Virus record (IMG/VR): IMGVR_UViG_3300032116_000032
Span: 1 to 64,000 of that record
DNA: 64,000 bases
Origin: a virus
Strand: one strand, 5' to 3'
Made by a program: the position numbers and the translations under genes
Shown here: in pieces, positions 16,944 to 26,646 of the stretch
Layout of the letters: each line of letters begins with the position of its first letter
How positions within the stretch are numbered: position 1 is the first letter of the stretch
Notes under the pieces: model-generated
Database searches by the model: none
What the model was told of the DNA's origin: nothing
What the model saw: only the letters and a program-made list of their open reading frames with translations

Positions 16944-18611
16944 ATGATAACATTAGTTACAGGATTGTGGGATATTGGTAGAGGAGATCTATCAGAAGGA
17001 TGGTCAAGGTCTTTTGATCATTATTTAAGTAAATTCGAACAACTATTACAGGTAGATTGTAATATGATAATTTTTGGTGATAGTGAATTAGAAAAATTTG
17101 TTAATGAAAGAAGAAGTGTAACTAACACACAATTTGTATTGAGAGATTTAAGTTGGTTTAGAAATAATGAATTCTTCAATCAAATTCAGTCAATAAGAAC
17201 AAATCCGAAATGGTGTAATCTTGCTGGTTGGTTAAAGGACTCAACACAAGCGAGATTAGAAATGTACAACCCATTAGTCATGTCAAAAATGTTTTTATTA
17301 CATGATGCGGTCTTATTAGATAAATTTAGTTCTGAAAAACTATATTGGATTGATGCTGGTTTAGCAAATACTGTCCACATGGGTTATCTAACTCATGATA
17401 AAGTATTACCAAGAATTGATAATCTTTTTAGTAATTTTACATTCATTTGTTTCCCGTATGTTGCCGATAAAGAAATACATGGTTTTGATATTAATAAAAT
17501 GGATATCATTACAGGAACAAGAGTTGATAAAGTATGTCGAGGAGGATTCTTTGGCGGTCCTGTAAATTTAATTAGACAAATGAACACCCTCTATTATAAT
17601 CTGATGAAATCAACATTAGAAAGAGGATTAATGGGGACGGAAGAAAGTCTATTTTCAATTTTATTATATAACAACCCAACAATAATAGATTATGTAGAAA
17701 TTGAGTCCAACGGTTTGATTTATAAATTTTTTGAAGATGTAAAAAACAATAATTTAGTCATCAAATCATTAAAAAAAGAAAGAGTTATAAAAAATAAAAA
17801 CAATGGTCAAGTTGGTTTATACGTCATAACATTTAATAGTCCAAAACAATTCGAGACTCTTATTAATTCTATGTTATTATATGACTCTGAATTTTTAGAA
17901 AAAACTAATAAATTTTTATTAAACAACTCAACTGATCTATCAACAACGCCTGAATATATTAAGTTGTGTGAGCAATATGGATTTGAACATATCAAAAAAG
18001 ATAATATAGGGATTACAGGTGGTAGAGTGTTTGTTGCTGAACATTTTGAAAATTCAGACATGGAGTACTATTTGTTTTTTGAAGACGATATGTTTTTCAA
18101 CATGGGTGCGGACGATTTATGTAAAAACGGATTTAACAGGAATGTAAGACACTTATATAGAAAAGTTTTACAAATTATGAGAAAAGAAAATTTTGATTTT
18201 TTAAAATTAAATTATACTGAATTTTATGGTAGTCATGAAAGACAATGGTCTTGGTATAATGTGGATCAAGAATTTAGATCAAAACATTGGCCAAATAATC
18301 AAAAACTACCGACACACGGTCAAGATCCTAATTCTCCTTTTTTAGAATTTAAAAATATAAAATCTGTTGATGGCTTACCATACGCAACAGGTGAGATTTA
18401 TTTATCTAATTGGCCAATTATTTTATCAAGAGAGGGAAATTACAAATGTTATATTGAAACTAAGTTTGATCATCCTTACGAACAAACTTTAATGTCTCAC
18501 TGTTTCAAAGAAACAATTAAAGGTAGAATACATGCAGGTTTGTTACTTTTAACCCCAACTGAACACAACAGGTTTGACTTCTATGATGGTAAATTGAGAA
18601 AAGAATTCTAA
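16944..18611 (+). CDS. HtrL/YibB-like domain fused to a GT-A (GT2-like) domain
   Basis: ITLVTGLWDIGR, SKMFLL, YWIDAGL, GGFFGG and GTEESLF. The second domain has YVITFN and YYLFFEDD (DXD-like). Confidence 0.65.
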   Translation: MITLVTGLWDIGRGDLSEGWSRSFDHYLSKFEQLLQVDCNMIIFGDSELEKFVNERRSVTNTQFVLRDLSWFRNNEFFNQIQSIRTNPKWCNLAGWLKDSTQARLEMYNPLVMSKMFLLHDAVLLDKFSSEKLYWIDAGLANTVHMGYLTHDKVLPRIDNLFSNFTFICFPYVADKEIHGFDINKMDIITGTRVDKVCRGGFFGGPVNLIRQMNTLYYNLMKSTLERGLMGTEESLFSILLYNNPTIIDYVEIESNGLIYKFFEDVKNNNLVIKSLKKERVIKNKNNGQVGLYVITFNSPKQFETLINSMLLYDSEFLEKTNKFLLNNSTDLSTTPEYIKLCEQYGFEHIKKDNIGITGGRVFVAEHFENSDMEYYLFFEDDMFFNMGADDLCKNGFNRNVRHLYRKVLQIMRKENFDFLKLNYTEFYGSHERQWSWYNVDQEFRSKHWPNNQKLPTHGQDPNSPFLEFKNIKSVDGLPYATGEIYLSNWPIILSREGNYKCYIETKFDHPYEQTLMSHCFKETIKGRIHAGLLLLTPTEHNRFDFYDGKLRKEF

Positions 18612-18638
18612 TCGAAGTATTTATAGATAAAAGATTAG

Positions 18639-19334
18639 ATGGAGTTTTTTATCAGAAAAAATGCAACACTCCCTGTGTTGAAGATTAATGCTATTAAAGA
18701 CGGAAGAAGTGACTACAATAGATCTATGAGATTTATTGAGGATACCGACATCTTTTTTTCTATGGTGGACACAGAAACAAACATCCCAAGAATTACTTCT
18801 CGACCTGCGGGTTTGATGAAAAAAGACCCATTAGATATTAGTACTGATGCCGAGTATTATGTTTATTATCAATTTACACCATTTGACACAAAAAAAGTTG
18901 CAAGATATAAAGGTCAGTTTTTATTCAGAAATGAAACTGGAATATTAACATTACCATTAAGTGAAGAAATATATATAAACGTAATAGAAAGTTTTATAAT
19001 TGATGACTTCGAGTTTCAAAGTTGTTACGTAGTTGATTATCCTTGTTGTTTCGGACCTGTACCACCAAAACCACCTGGACCTATTCCACCAGGACCATCA
19101 ACAACTACTACAACGACTATAATACCAACTACCACAACTACTACGATATTTGTATCACCGACCCCTACGGTTACGCCGACTAATACGGTTACACCAACCC
19201 CTACGGTAACACCAACTAACACCCCTACACCAACACCAACATCATCTCAACCGGTTGAGGAACTTATAGATCCAATTATTACTGAAAATAATGAGTATAT
19301 TAATATTGGTAATAACGAATACCTAAAATATTAA
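18639..19334 (+). CDS. Virion adaptor protein (BppU-like N-terminal domain) with a Pro/Thr-rich linker
   Basis: FFIRKNATLPVLK...DTKKVARYKGQF, followed by TTTT/PTPTVT repeats and the acidic/aromatic tail ITENNEYINIGNNEYLKY. Confidence 0.6.
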   Translation: MEFFIRKNATLPVLKINAIKDGRSDYNRSMRFIEDTDIFFSMVDTETNIPRITSRPAGLMKKDPLDISTDAEYYVYYQFTPFDTKKVARYKGQFLFRNETGILTLPLSEEIYINVIESFIIDDFEFQSCYVVDYPCCFGPVPPKPPGPIPPGPSTTTTTTIIPTTTTTTIFVSPTPTVTPTNTVTPTPTVTPTNTPTPTPTSSQPVEELIDPIITENNEYINIGNNEYLKY

Positions 19335-19357
19335 AACTATTTATAAAATAAAAAACT

Positions 19358-21397
19358 ATGGCACTAACAGGAAAAACAATCGGAGAATTAGAATACCTAC
19401 AATTCCCAACTAATGATACATTACTCCCCGTACAATATATTGGGGATACTTTTCATATTTCATTTTCTTCGATAACTTATAACGAAGGGACATACGCACA
19501 ATTTGTTTCAGAATCAATCGCTGGCATATTAACACCAGGAAGGTTTTACCTAATGACGGATTTCCAAACTTGTTATGACCAACCAAATTACACTAATGAG
19601 GGTGTTGCAATAACAACAGGAAATTATAAGACAGGTAGTACCGAACCAATCTTGTTATTGGCAATATCAACAACAGAGTTTTCACCAACGGTATATTCTA
19701 CAATATATATAAATGATAAAATAACATATGATTTCACTTGGGATACTACTGAAGTAACAATTTCACCGGCAAAAGGTAGAATAACCGAAAGAATTGATAG
19801 GTTTAATAACAGAGCTGACTACGATTTCAGAGCCGTTCAGTTTATTAGATATCAGGCATTTTTATCTGAAAACTATTATAACGGCACTGTGTCAATAGAT
19901 GGTTCAGGTAATGTTGTTGGTGTCGGTACAACATTTGATACTGATTTTAGTGTTGGGCAAATTTTGGGTATACATAGCCCTAACTATGGAAACCTTATTG
20001 GTGGTTTTGCGTATTATGAAATTTTAACCATCACGGATGCAACAAATATGACAGTAACAGGAACAACTTTCTATACTGAAAGTAACAAATTTTATTCACG
20101 AGGTACTGGAGGAGGTATAAGGTCTCCATTCAAATGTAACGTACCTACACCGTCATACACAGGGTCCTCAGAATATTATACCTTTAATGAAAATGATAAC
20201 GTAAACACATATTTGGGGGATAATCAAAATTATGATACATTTATTCTATCCAACAACGTGTTTTTGAATGGTAGTTATCAAGATATGGTATTTGGTGGTA
20301 ATGTTGTTGGTAACACGTTTGACAATTTTATGACTAGTAGTACCTGTGGGCCATTTTTCCAATTTAACATCATAACAAATAATTTTGATAGAAATACTAT
20401 TGGTCCTGATTTTACATTCAATTTTATAGAGTGTGATATGCAAGGTAATACTGTCGTTGGTAATTTTGACTATAACATGCTTGGGGATAATGACGGATTT
20501 GATTTTGATTTTAATCAAGTAGGTTGGGGTTTCCGAAATAACTTTTTAACAATGTATGATGATGATTTTATTTACAATACGATTGGTCCTAATTTCAATT
20601 CAAACTTGATTCATTATGGTTTTTCAAATAATCTAATTGGTAATAATTTTAATAATAATATTCTTAGGAATAATTTTGACGAAAATGAAATTGGGGTGGC
20701 GTTCTATAGTAATACTGTTAGAGCACCTTTCTTCAATAATAAAATAGGTAGCACATTTTATAACAACATTTTCTACAGTAATGTTAATGGTAATGTTTTC
20801 GGTAATAACTCATTTGGAAATACTTTTGGTGACCTAAATAATGTAGGCGTTTATAATTTCCAAAATAACCAAATTGGTAGTGATATGACGAATAATTATT
20901 TTTCGGGAGCAACTTTCAGTAATATTATAGGTGATGCCTGTCAAAGTAACAACATTGACACAAACTTTTCCTATAACCAAATTGGTAGTAATTTCCAATC
21001 AAACACAATTGCAAATGATTTTGGTTTTGGTGGAGGAATAACAAGAGGTAATGTTATTGGAAATCAATTTTCAAATAATGTAGTTGGTGAATATTGTTAT
21101 GATAACACTTTTGGTGATAATTGTACAAGTAATGTTTTAAACGATAATTTTGTGAATAATAAAATTTCACACGGAGCTACCCTAATAACAGGAGATTTTG
21201 ACAATTCAGGAAGCTTTCAAAATAATGTCCTAACATTTGGTTATTACTCCGCAAACTTAACACTTTCTGGTGGTACTGGTGGTAATCCATACCTTTATAC
21301 TGATGTTAGTTGTAATATTGTTAGAGATGTGAATGCAACAATTTATGTGACTTTCTTAAGTGGTGGTACTGCTTCGTCACAAACGGTAATAATTTAA
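19358..21397 (+). CDS. Fibre/spike protein with Asn-rich beta-helix repeats
   Basis: The N-terminus is GKTIGEL...DTLLPV. A GTVSIDGSGNVVGVGTTF fibre motif is followed by many N-x-I-G-x-x-F-x-x-N repeats. Confidence 0.7.
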   Translation: MALTGKTIGELEYLQFPTNDTLLPVQYIGDTFHISFSSITYNEGTYAQFVSESIAGILTPGRFYLMTDFQTCYDQPNYTNEGVAITTGNYKTGSTEPILLLAISTTEFSPTVYSTIYINDKITYDFTWDTTEVTISPAKGRITERIDRFNNRADYDFRAVQFIRYQAFLSENYYNGTVSIDGSGNVVGVGTTFDTDFSVGQILGIHSPNYGNLIGGFAYYEILTITDATNMTVTGTTFYTESNKFYSRGTGGGIRSPFKCNVPTPSYTGSSEYYTFNENDNVNTYLGDNQNYDTFILSNNVFLNGSYQDMVFGGNVVGNTFDNFMTSSTCGPFFQFNIITNNFDRNTIGPDFTFNFIECDMQGNTVVGNFDYNMLGDNDGFDFDFNQVGWGFRNNFLTMYDDDFIYNTIGPNFNSNLIHYGFSNNLIGNNFNNNILRNNFDENEIGVAFYSNTVRAPFFNNKIGSTFYNNIFYSNVNGNVFGNNSFGNTFGDLNNVGVYNFQNNQIGSDMTNNYFSGATFSNIIGDACQSNNIDTNFSYNQIGSNFQSNTIANDFGFGGGITRGNVIGNQFSNNVVGEYCYDNTFGDNCTSNVLNDNFVNNKISHGATLITGDFDNSGSFQNNVLTFGYYSANLTLSGGTGGNPYLYTDVSCNIVRDVNATIYVTFLSGGTASSQTVII

Positions 21398-21417
21398 TGG
21401 ATATTTAATAATAACAA

Positions 21418-22269
21418 ATGGAATTCACAATAGGACAAAATTCAACCTTACCATTACTTAAACTACAAGTAGTGAATGATGGTACCCAAAATTTTGACTC
21501 AATGATGAAGTTTATTGAGACCTCATCTGTGTTTTTTTCAATGATTAGAACAGAAAATGGAATTCCAAAAATATTAACAAAAAGCGCGGGGTTTGTTGAA
21601 AAGTTAGAGATGGACCCAAATGCTTCACCTGAGTATTATGTTTACTACAGATTTACAACTCAGGACACTTCAAAAGTTGGGAGATATGAAGGTCAGTTTT
21701 TATTCATAAACGAGGAAGGTACTTTAGTTTTACCAATAAGAGAAAGTTTATATATTAATATTATTGAAAGTTTTATTGCCAATGATTTAACTTATGATCC
21801 TTGTTATGTTTTAGAATATAAATGTTGTACAACACCATTTCCATCACCGACTCCTACACCAACAAAAGAACCTGTTATTAGTCCTACACCAACAACTACA
21901 GTCACACCTACACCAACATTAACACCAACACCAACCACAACATCAAATAAACCTGTTTGTCCTCACCCAATAAGAAGAACTTTAGTTTATGGTACAGATC
22001 AACATGGTCCATTTGGTGACAGTCAAGGTAAGGCTTGTGAGGCATATTTTTGTTTTACTTTGGGGTCATGTTCTACTTCAGATTACTTGACCAGATATTT
22101 CAACATTGGGGGACCTAATGTTGGTTCATTAGTTTTTGATACAGAAATTTCGTGTTATAAAACAAATGATACAGGATATTTTATTTCATGGTATGCCGGT
22201 GGGTATACTGTATATTATATTGACAATGGTGTCATCACTGACGTTGTTGATTGTGAATGTGATGTTTAA
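21418..22269 (+). CDS. Paralogue of 18639..19334 with a PT linker and a different, Cys-containing C-terminal domain
   Basis: MEFTIGQNSTLPLLK...YVYYRFTTQDTSKVGRYEGQF aligns with MEFFIRKNATLPVLK...YVYYQFTPFDTKKVARYKGQF. Confidence 0.7.
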   Translation: MEFTIGQNSTLPLLKLQVVNDGTQNFDSMMKFIETSSVFFSMIRTENGIPKILTKSAGFVEKLEMDPNASPEYYVYYRFTTQDTSKVGRYEGQFLFINEEGTLVLPIRESLYINIIESFIANDLTYDPCYVLEYKCCTTPFPSPTPTPTKEPVISPTPTTTVTPTPTLTPTPTTTSNKPVCPHPIRRTLVYGTDQHGPFGDSQGKACEAYFCFTLGSCSTSDYLTRYFNIGGPNVGSLVFDTEISCYKTNDTGYFISWYAGGYTVYYIDNGVITDVVDCECDV

Positions 22270-22275
22270 TACTTA

Positions 22276-22304
22276 TTGACGATAATAAATTAATCATTTA
22301 TATT
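22276..22304 (+). promoter_or_regulatory. Sigma70-like promoter upstream of the DNA polymerase
   Basis: TTGACG-N17-TATATT. Confidence 0.45.
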
Positions 22305-22364
22305 TATTTACGAAGGTAAATGCCGACCTAATTCGGTAGCTAATACACCAAAAGTAAAAAATAT

Positions 22365-25226
22365 ATGATATCACAAGAAGAAATTGAAAACTTCCTTGTG
22401 GGTAATGACCCCGAGGAATATATCGTATCGGTAGAGTACGATTACGTATCTGACAAAATCTACAAAATCAAAGAAGTTCCTGGTAAAGGTAAACAGATCC
22501 AACGAGACACATTGATCTCATTTGCTTGGGTTGGTGATCTACGTGGTCAAAACTTTTACTCATCATCAAAAGGTTTACAAAAAGAAGCCATGACCAAACA
22601 TGGTATTATGATTGAGAAACTTAAAACTGAAGGTAATGATCGCTTAGAACGAGGGCTCACTTTTATGGTTAAGTCTATGAAAGGTTATCGAAATCTTATA
22701 CAATTTTTTAGAGAAGGTGGTGTTGATCCTTGGGGTGAAAAAACAAAAGACCTCATCATGATACTCCCTCCTGTTGAACAATATCTAATCTCAAAAGAGA
22801 AAAGATTGTTTAAAGGATTTGAAGAATACAACGACATCACGAGGATGGTATTCGACTTGGAGACGACCTCACTTGAACCCAAGGATGGTCGTATCTTCAT
22901 GATTGGAATCAAAACAAACAAAGGTTATAAAAAAGTTATCGAATGTGCAACACCTGATGATGAAAGAAGAGGACTTGTTGAGTTCTTCAACATCATTGAT
23001 GATATCAAACCTTCAATCCTTTCAGGTTACAATTCATTTAACTTTGACTGGTATTGGATCTATGAAAGATGTAAGGCACTAAACCTTGACATAAAAAAAG
23101 TTGCAAAATCACTAAATCCTGATAAATCAATTTCAATGAAGGAATCAATGTTGAAATTGGCGAATGAAGTTGAGAAGTTTAATCAAACTCAAATGTGGGG
23201 TTATAATATTATTGATATTCTACATTCAGTTCGTAGGGCTCAGGCGATTAACTCGAACATCAAAGAGGCAGGTTTGAAGTACATTACCAAGTATATCGAA
23301 GCTGAAGCTCCTGATCGTGTATATGTTGACCATGATAAGATTGGATCTATGTATCGAGACAAAGAAGAATATTGGTTAAACATTGAAAATGGTAAGTATA
23401 AGAAAGTAGGTAACGATCCAAAAGTTGATGATGTATGTGGAAGACATTCTAAAGTATATATCAAAACAACGGGGGACGACATCATTGAGCGTTATCTCGA
23501 CGATGACTTGGAAGAAACTCTTTTGGTCGATGAAGAATTTAATCAAGGTTCATTCTTGTTGGCATCATTACTTCCAACAACGTATGAAAGAGTTTCAACA
23601 ATGGGTACTGCTACATTATGGAAAATGTTGATGTTGGCTTGGTCTTACAAACATAACTTGGCAATTCCTGCTAAGAATGACAAAGGGAACTTCGTAGGTG
23701 GACTTTCTCGATTGATCCGAACAGGATACTCAAAGAATGTGTTAAAACTTGACTACTCGTCTCTATATCCATCTATTCAGTTGGTACACGATGTATTTCC
23801 CGAGTGTGATGTTACAGGTGCAATGAAAGGGTTATTATCTTATTTCCGTAACACTCGTATCAAATACAAACAACTCGCTGAGGAATATGCAAGTATTGAT
23901 AAGAAAAAATCTACATCTTACGACCGTAAACAATTACCGATTAAGATCTTTATTAATTCGATGTTCGGTGCGTTATCTGCCCCTCAAGTATTCCATTGGG
24001 GTGATATGGACAAGGGTGAGATGATTACTTGTACAGGTCGTCAGTATCTTAGAATGATGATTAACTTTTTTATGGATCGTGGTTATACACCTTTAGTGAT
24101 GGACACGGACGGTATTAACTTCTCGGTTCCTGAAGGTGTGGAGACAAGAAAATATGTTGGTAAAGGTTTAAATTGGAAAGTAAAAGAGGGTAAAGAATAC
24201 ATCGGTGAAGAAGCTGATGTAATGGAGTTCAATGATCTTGCAATGAGAGGTGAAATGGCACTTGATACTGATGGACAATGGCCAGCTTGTATTAACTTAG
24301 CTCGTAAGAACTATGCTCTGATTACTGCAAAAGGTAAGATTAAACTTACGGGTAACTCAATCAAATCTAAAAAAATGCCGATATATATTGAAAAGTTTTT
24401 GGATAAAGGGATTAAGTTATTACTTGATGGTAAAGGACAAGAGTTTGTTGAGTGGTATTACGAATATGTACAAAAGATATTTGATCAGAAAATTCCATTG
24501 ATGGATATTGCAAATAAAGCAAAGATCAAACAAACAATTGAGGATTATATAGTTCGTAGTAAACAAACAACTAAATCAGGAGCATTAATGTCTCGTCAAG
24601 CACACATGGAGTTGGCAATCAAAGACAAACTAAATGCTAATCTTGGTGAAGTTATCTTCTATGTAAACAACGGTACAAAGGCATCTCACGGTGATGTTCA
24701 GAAAGTTAATAAACCAAAGAAAGGTTGGTCACAAGAACATATTGACAATTACATGAGAGATTGGGGAACTACAATACCTGAGGATGTCGATTCAATAATT
24801 CAATTAAATTGTTATAGAATTGACCCGTTAGATCTTGAAAGTAACCCCACTATGACAGGAGAATATAATATTCAAAGAGCAATTGCAACATTTAACAAAC
24901 GTGTTGAACCTCTGTTAGTAGTTTTCAAACAAGAAGTTCGTAATGGGTTGTTGGTTAAAAACCCTGAAGAGAGACCATTCTTTACTAAAGTCCAATGTGA
25001 ATTAATCAATGGACAACCTTTTGAAGAGGGAGACCAAGACAAATTAGAAGATGTAATGGAAATCTCTGATGAGGAAATGTCTTTTTGGAATCGTGTTGGT
25101 GAAACGCCTTATCACATGTATAAAGATGCGGATCAAACTATGTGGAGATATGTACCTGAAAAAGAGTTAGTCCATTTTAATTCCGTCGGAGGAAAGGATG
25201 TACCAAACACCGTTGACATTTTGTAA
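22365..25226 (+). CDS. polB: Family B DNA polymerase with 3'-5' exonuclease
   Basis: ExoI FDLETT, ExoII GYNSFNFD, ExoIII YLDDD. Polymerase motifs LDYSSLYPSI, KIFINSMFG and MDTDG. Confidence 0.95.
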   Translation: MISQEEIENFLVGNDPEEYIVSVEYDYVSDKIYKIKEVPGKGKQIQRDTLISFAWVGDLRGQNFYSSSKGLQKEAMTKHGIMIEKLKTEGNDRLERGLTFMVKSMKGYRNLIQFFREGGVDPWGEKTKDLIMILPPVEQYLISKEKRLFKGFEEYNDITRMVFDLETTSLEPKDGRIFMIGIKTNKGYKKVIECATPDDERRGLVEFFNIIDDIKPSILSGYNSFNFDWYWIYERCKALNLDIKKVAKSLNPDKSISMKESMLKLANEVEKFNQTQMWGYNIIDILHSVRRAQAINSNIKEAGLKYITKYIEAEAPDRVYVDHDKIGSMYRDKEEYWLNIENGKYKKVGNDPKVDDVCGRHSKVYIKTTGDDIIERYLDDDLEETLLVDEEFNQGSFLLASLLPTTYERVSTMGTATLWKMLMLAWSYKHNLAIPAKNDKGNFVGGLSRLIRTGYSKNVLKLDYSSLYPSIQLVHDVFPECDVTGAMKGLLSYFRNTRIKYKQLAEEYASIDKKKSTSYDRKQLPIKIFINSMFGALSAPQVFHWGDMDKGEMITCTGRQYLRMMINFFMDRGYTPLVMDTDGINFSVPEGVETRKYVGKGLNWKVKEGKEYIGEEADVMEFNDLAMRGEMALDTDGQWPACINLARKNYALITAKGKIKLTGNSIKSKKMPIYIEKFLDKGIKLLLDGKGQEFVEWYYEYVQKIFDQKIPLMDIANKAKIKQTIEDYIVRSKQTTKSGALMSRQAHMELAIKDKLNANLGEVIFYVNNGTKASHGDVQKVNKPKKGWSQEHIDNYMRDWGTTIPEDVDSIIQLNCYRIDPLDLESNPTMTGEYNIQRAIATFNKRVEPLLVVFKQEVRNGLLVKNPEERPFFTKVQCELINGQPFEEGDQDKLEDVMEISDEEMSFWNRVGETPYHMYKDADQTMWRYVPEKELVHFNSVGGKDVPNTVDIL

Positions 25227-25514
25227 CTCAACACAAGCACCCCTACCAACTGATATTTCATCCCAATCTTCGTCTATTCGACCTATGTCGGGAATGATTA
25301 TACAGTTGGTAAGTGTTTTTATTTTAATTCGTTCTGTTGTTGTTGAGTCAAGTTTTATTTTTGATTGTACAACATCCCTTACGATTAAAAGGGTTTCACC
25401 ATTAGTTATGTAAGTTTCATTACTGTTTATTACAATATCAAACGATTCAAAACTATATGATTGATTTCCTTTTATTACGGTTTTTCTAACTGGTTTGTTT
25501 TTTATAATTGACAT
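25167..25514 (-). CDS. Small beta-rich hypothetical protein, probably virion-associated
   Basis: 115-aa ORF directly downstream of the neck gene on the same strand. It overlaps the polB 3' end by 60 nt. Confidence 0.6.
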   Translation of the reverse strand: MSIIKNKPVRKTVIKGNQSYSFESFDIVINSNETYITNGETLLIVRDVVQSKIKLDSTTTERIKIKTLTNCIIIPDIGRIDEDWDEISVGRGACVELQNVNGVWYILSSDGIKMD

Positions 25515-25518
25515 AAAA

Positions 25519-26646
25519 TTAAATTACATATATCTGACGAGGCATAGCTCTAAACTTAAGAGTTTTGTTTAAGTTTTCTGCTAGTAAAGCTTCTCTTTCC
25601 ATAACTTTTTCAGGACGAAGTCTTGTTAATCTTCCTTCAGCTCCGATCAATTCTTCTATTAGTTTAGCCTTTTCATCTTTTCCTTCAGTACCTAATGTTG
25701 CATAATCCATAGTTAAGTCACCATCAGGAGTCTTTAAGTTACCACTAAATTTACCACGAACTCTTGCTAAAGTTTCTTTACAGTATGCTATAAACCATCT
25801 ACGAACCCAAACTTGTGCAGGATTATTTAGTTTGTACCAACTTATCTTATTGAATGGTACATCTGAAGGTAAAAGAACAATATCAGGATTATCCGCCAAA
25901 CATTTGTCTCTATCACCTTGTGAAGTATCATAATACCAATACCAAACTTGACCTTTTGCCAACTCCGCATTACCAAAGTCAAATTTACCACCTGGTGTGT
26001 TTAAAAGGTGTAGTGCTTTTTTACCACCAGGAAGTGCAGTGATATAATAAGTCAAATCACCCGCAAATATTCTTCTTTGGATATTAACTTCTTGCATTCT
26101 TAATAATGTATCAAATGCTGGTGTTAAATAATAACTTCCTGCCATATTACCAATTTGTGCAAGCCCTCCACCACCACCAAGTCCAGTTCCATTACCAACA
26201 CCCGCAAAACCACCCAAACCAAACATTAAGTTGTTTAATGTTGATGGGGTAAACCATAATACTTCATTTATCTCACGACCTGCAGGTATTTCATAAATCT
26301 GTTGGTTGGGTACTAACTGAATATAATCTTTTTTGATTTCCCAATCACCACCTGCTTGTAATCCAACTATTTTTGAATACGCATAGGTATAACGAGTTTC
26401 AAAGTCTAAACTTTTAGTTATGAAAGCTCTTGATAAAGATTGGGTATCTAAATTCAAATTATTTAATGTGGTCCATTGAGATTCAATTAACCAATCTTGG
26501 ACATATTGAGAATAATCGTCAATTGAATATTCTAATAATGTGTCCATCATTTCGTCTTCCAATTCCACAGATCTTAAAGGTGCACCTAATAAGTGTCTAA
26601 CTTTTTGATAGAATTGACTTCTTTCTGGTTCGTCGATTATTGCCAT
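25519..26646 (-). CDS. Neck / head-tail adaptor, T4 gp13-like
   Basis: VRHLLGAPLRSVELEDEMMD and WVRRWFIAYCKETLARVRGKF resemble the gp13 termini. Confidence 0.7.
   Translation of the reverse strand: MAIIDEPERSQFYQKVRHLLGAPLRSVELEDEMMDTLLEYSIDDYSQYVQDWLIESQWTTLNNLNLDTQSLSRAFITKSLDFETRYTYAYSKIVGLQAGGDWEIKKDYIQLVPNQQIYEIPAGREINEVLWFTPSTLNNLMFGLGGFAGVGNGTGLGGGGGLAQIGNMAGSYYLTPAFDTLLRMQEVNIQRRIFAGDLTYYITALPGGKKALHLLNTPGGKFDFGNAELAKGQVWYWYYDTSQGDRDKCLADNPDIVLLPSDVPFNKISWYKLNNPAQVWVRRWFIAYCKETLARVRGKFSGNLKTPDGDLTMDYATLGTEGKDEKAKLIEELIGAEGRLTRLRPEKVMEREALLAENLNKTLKFRAMPRQIYVI

Noticed and set aside
19037-19222. Val/Gly-rich minus-strand ORF
   Set aside because: It is the antisense read of the PT/TT linker.
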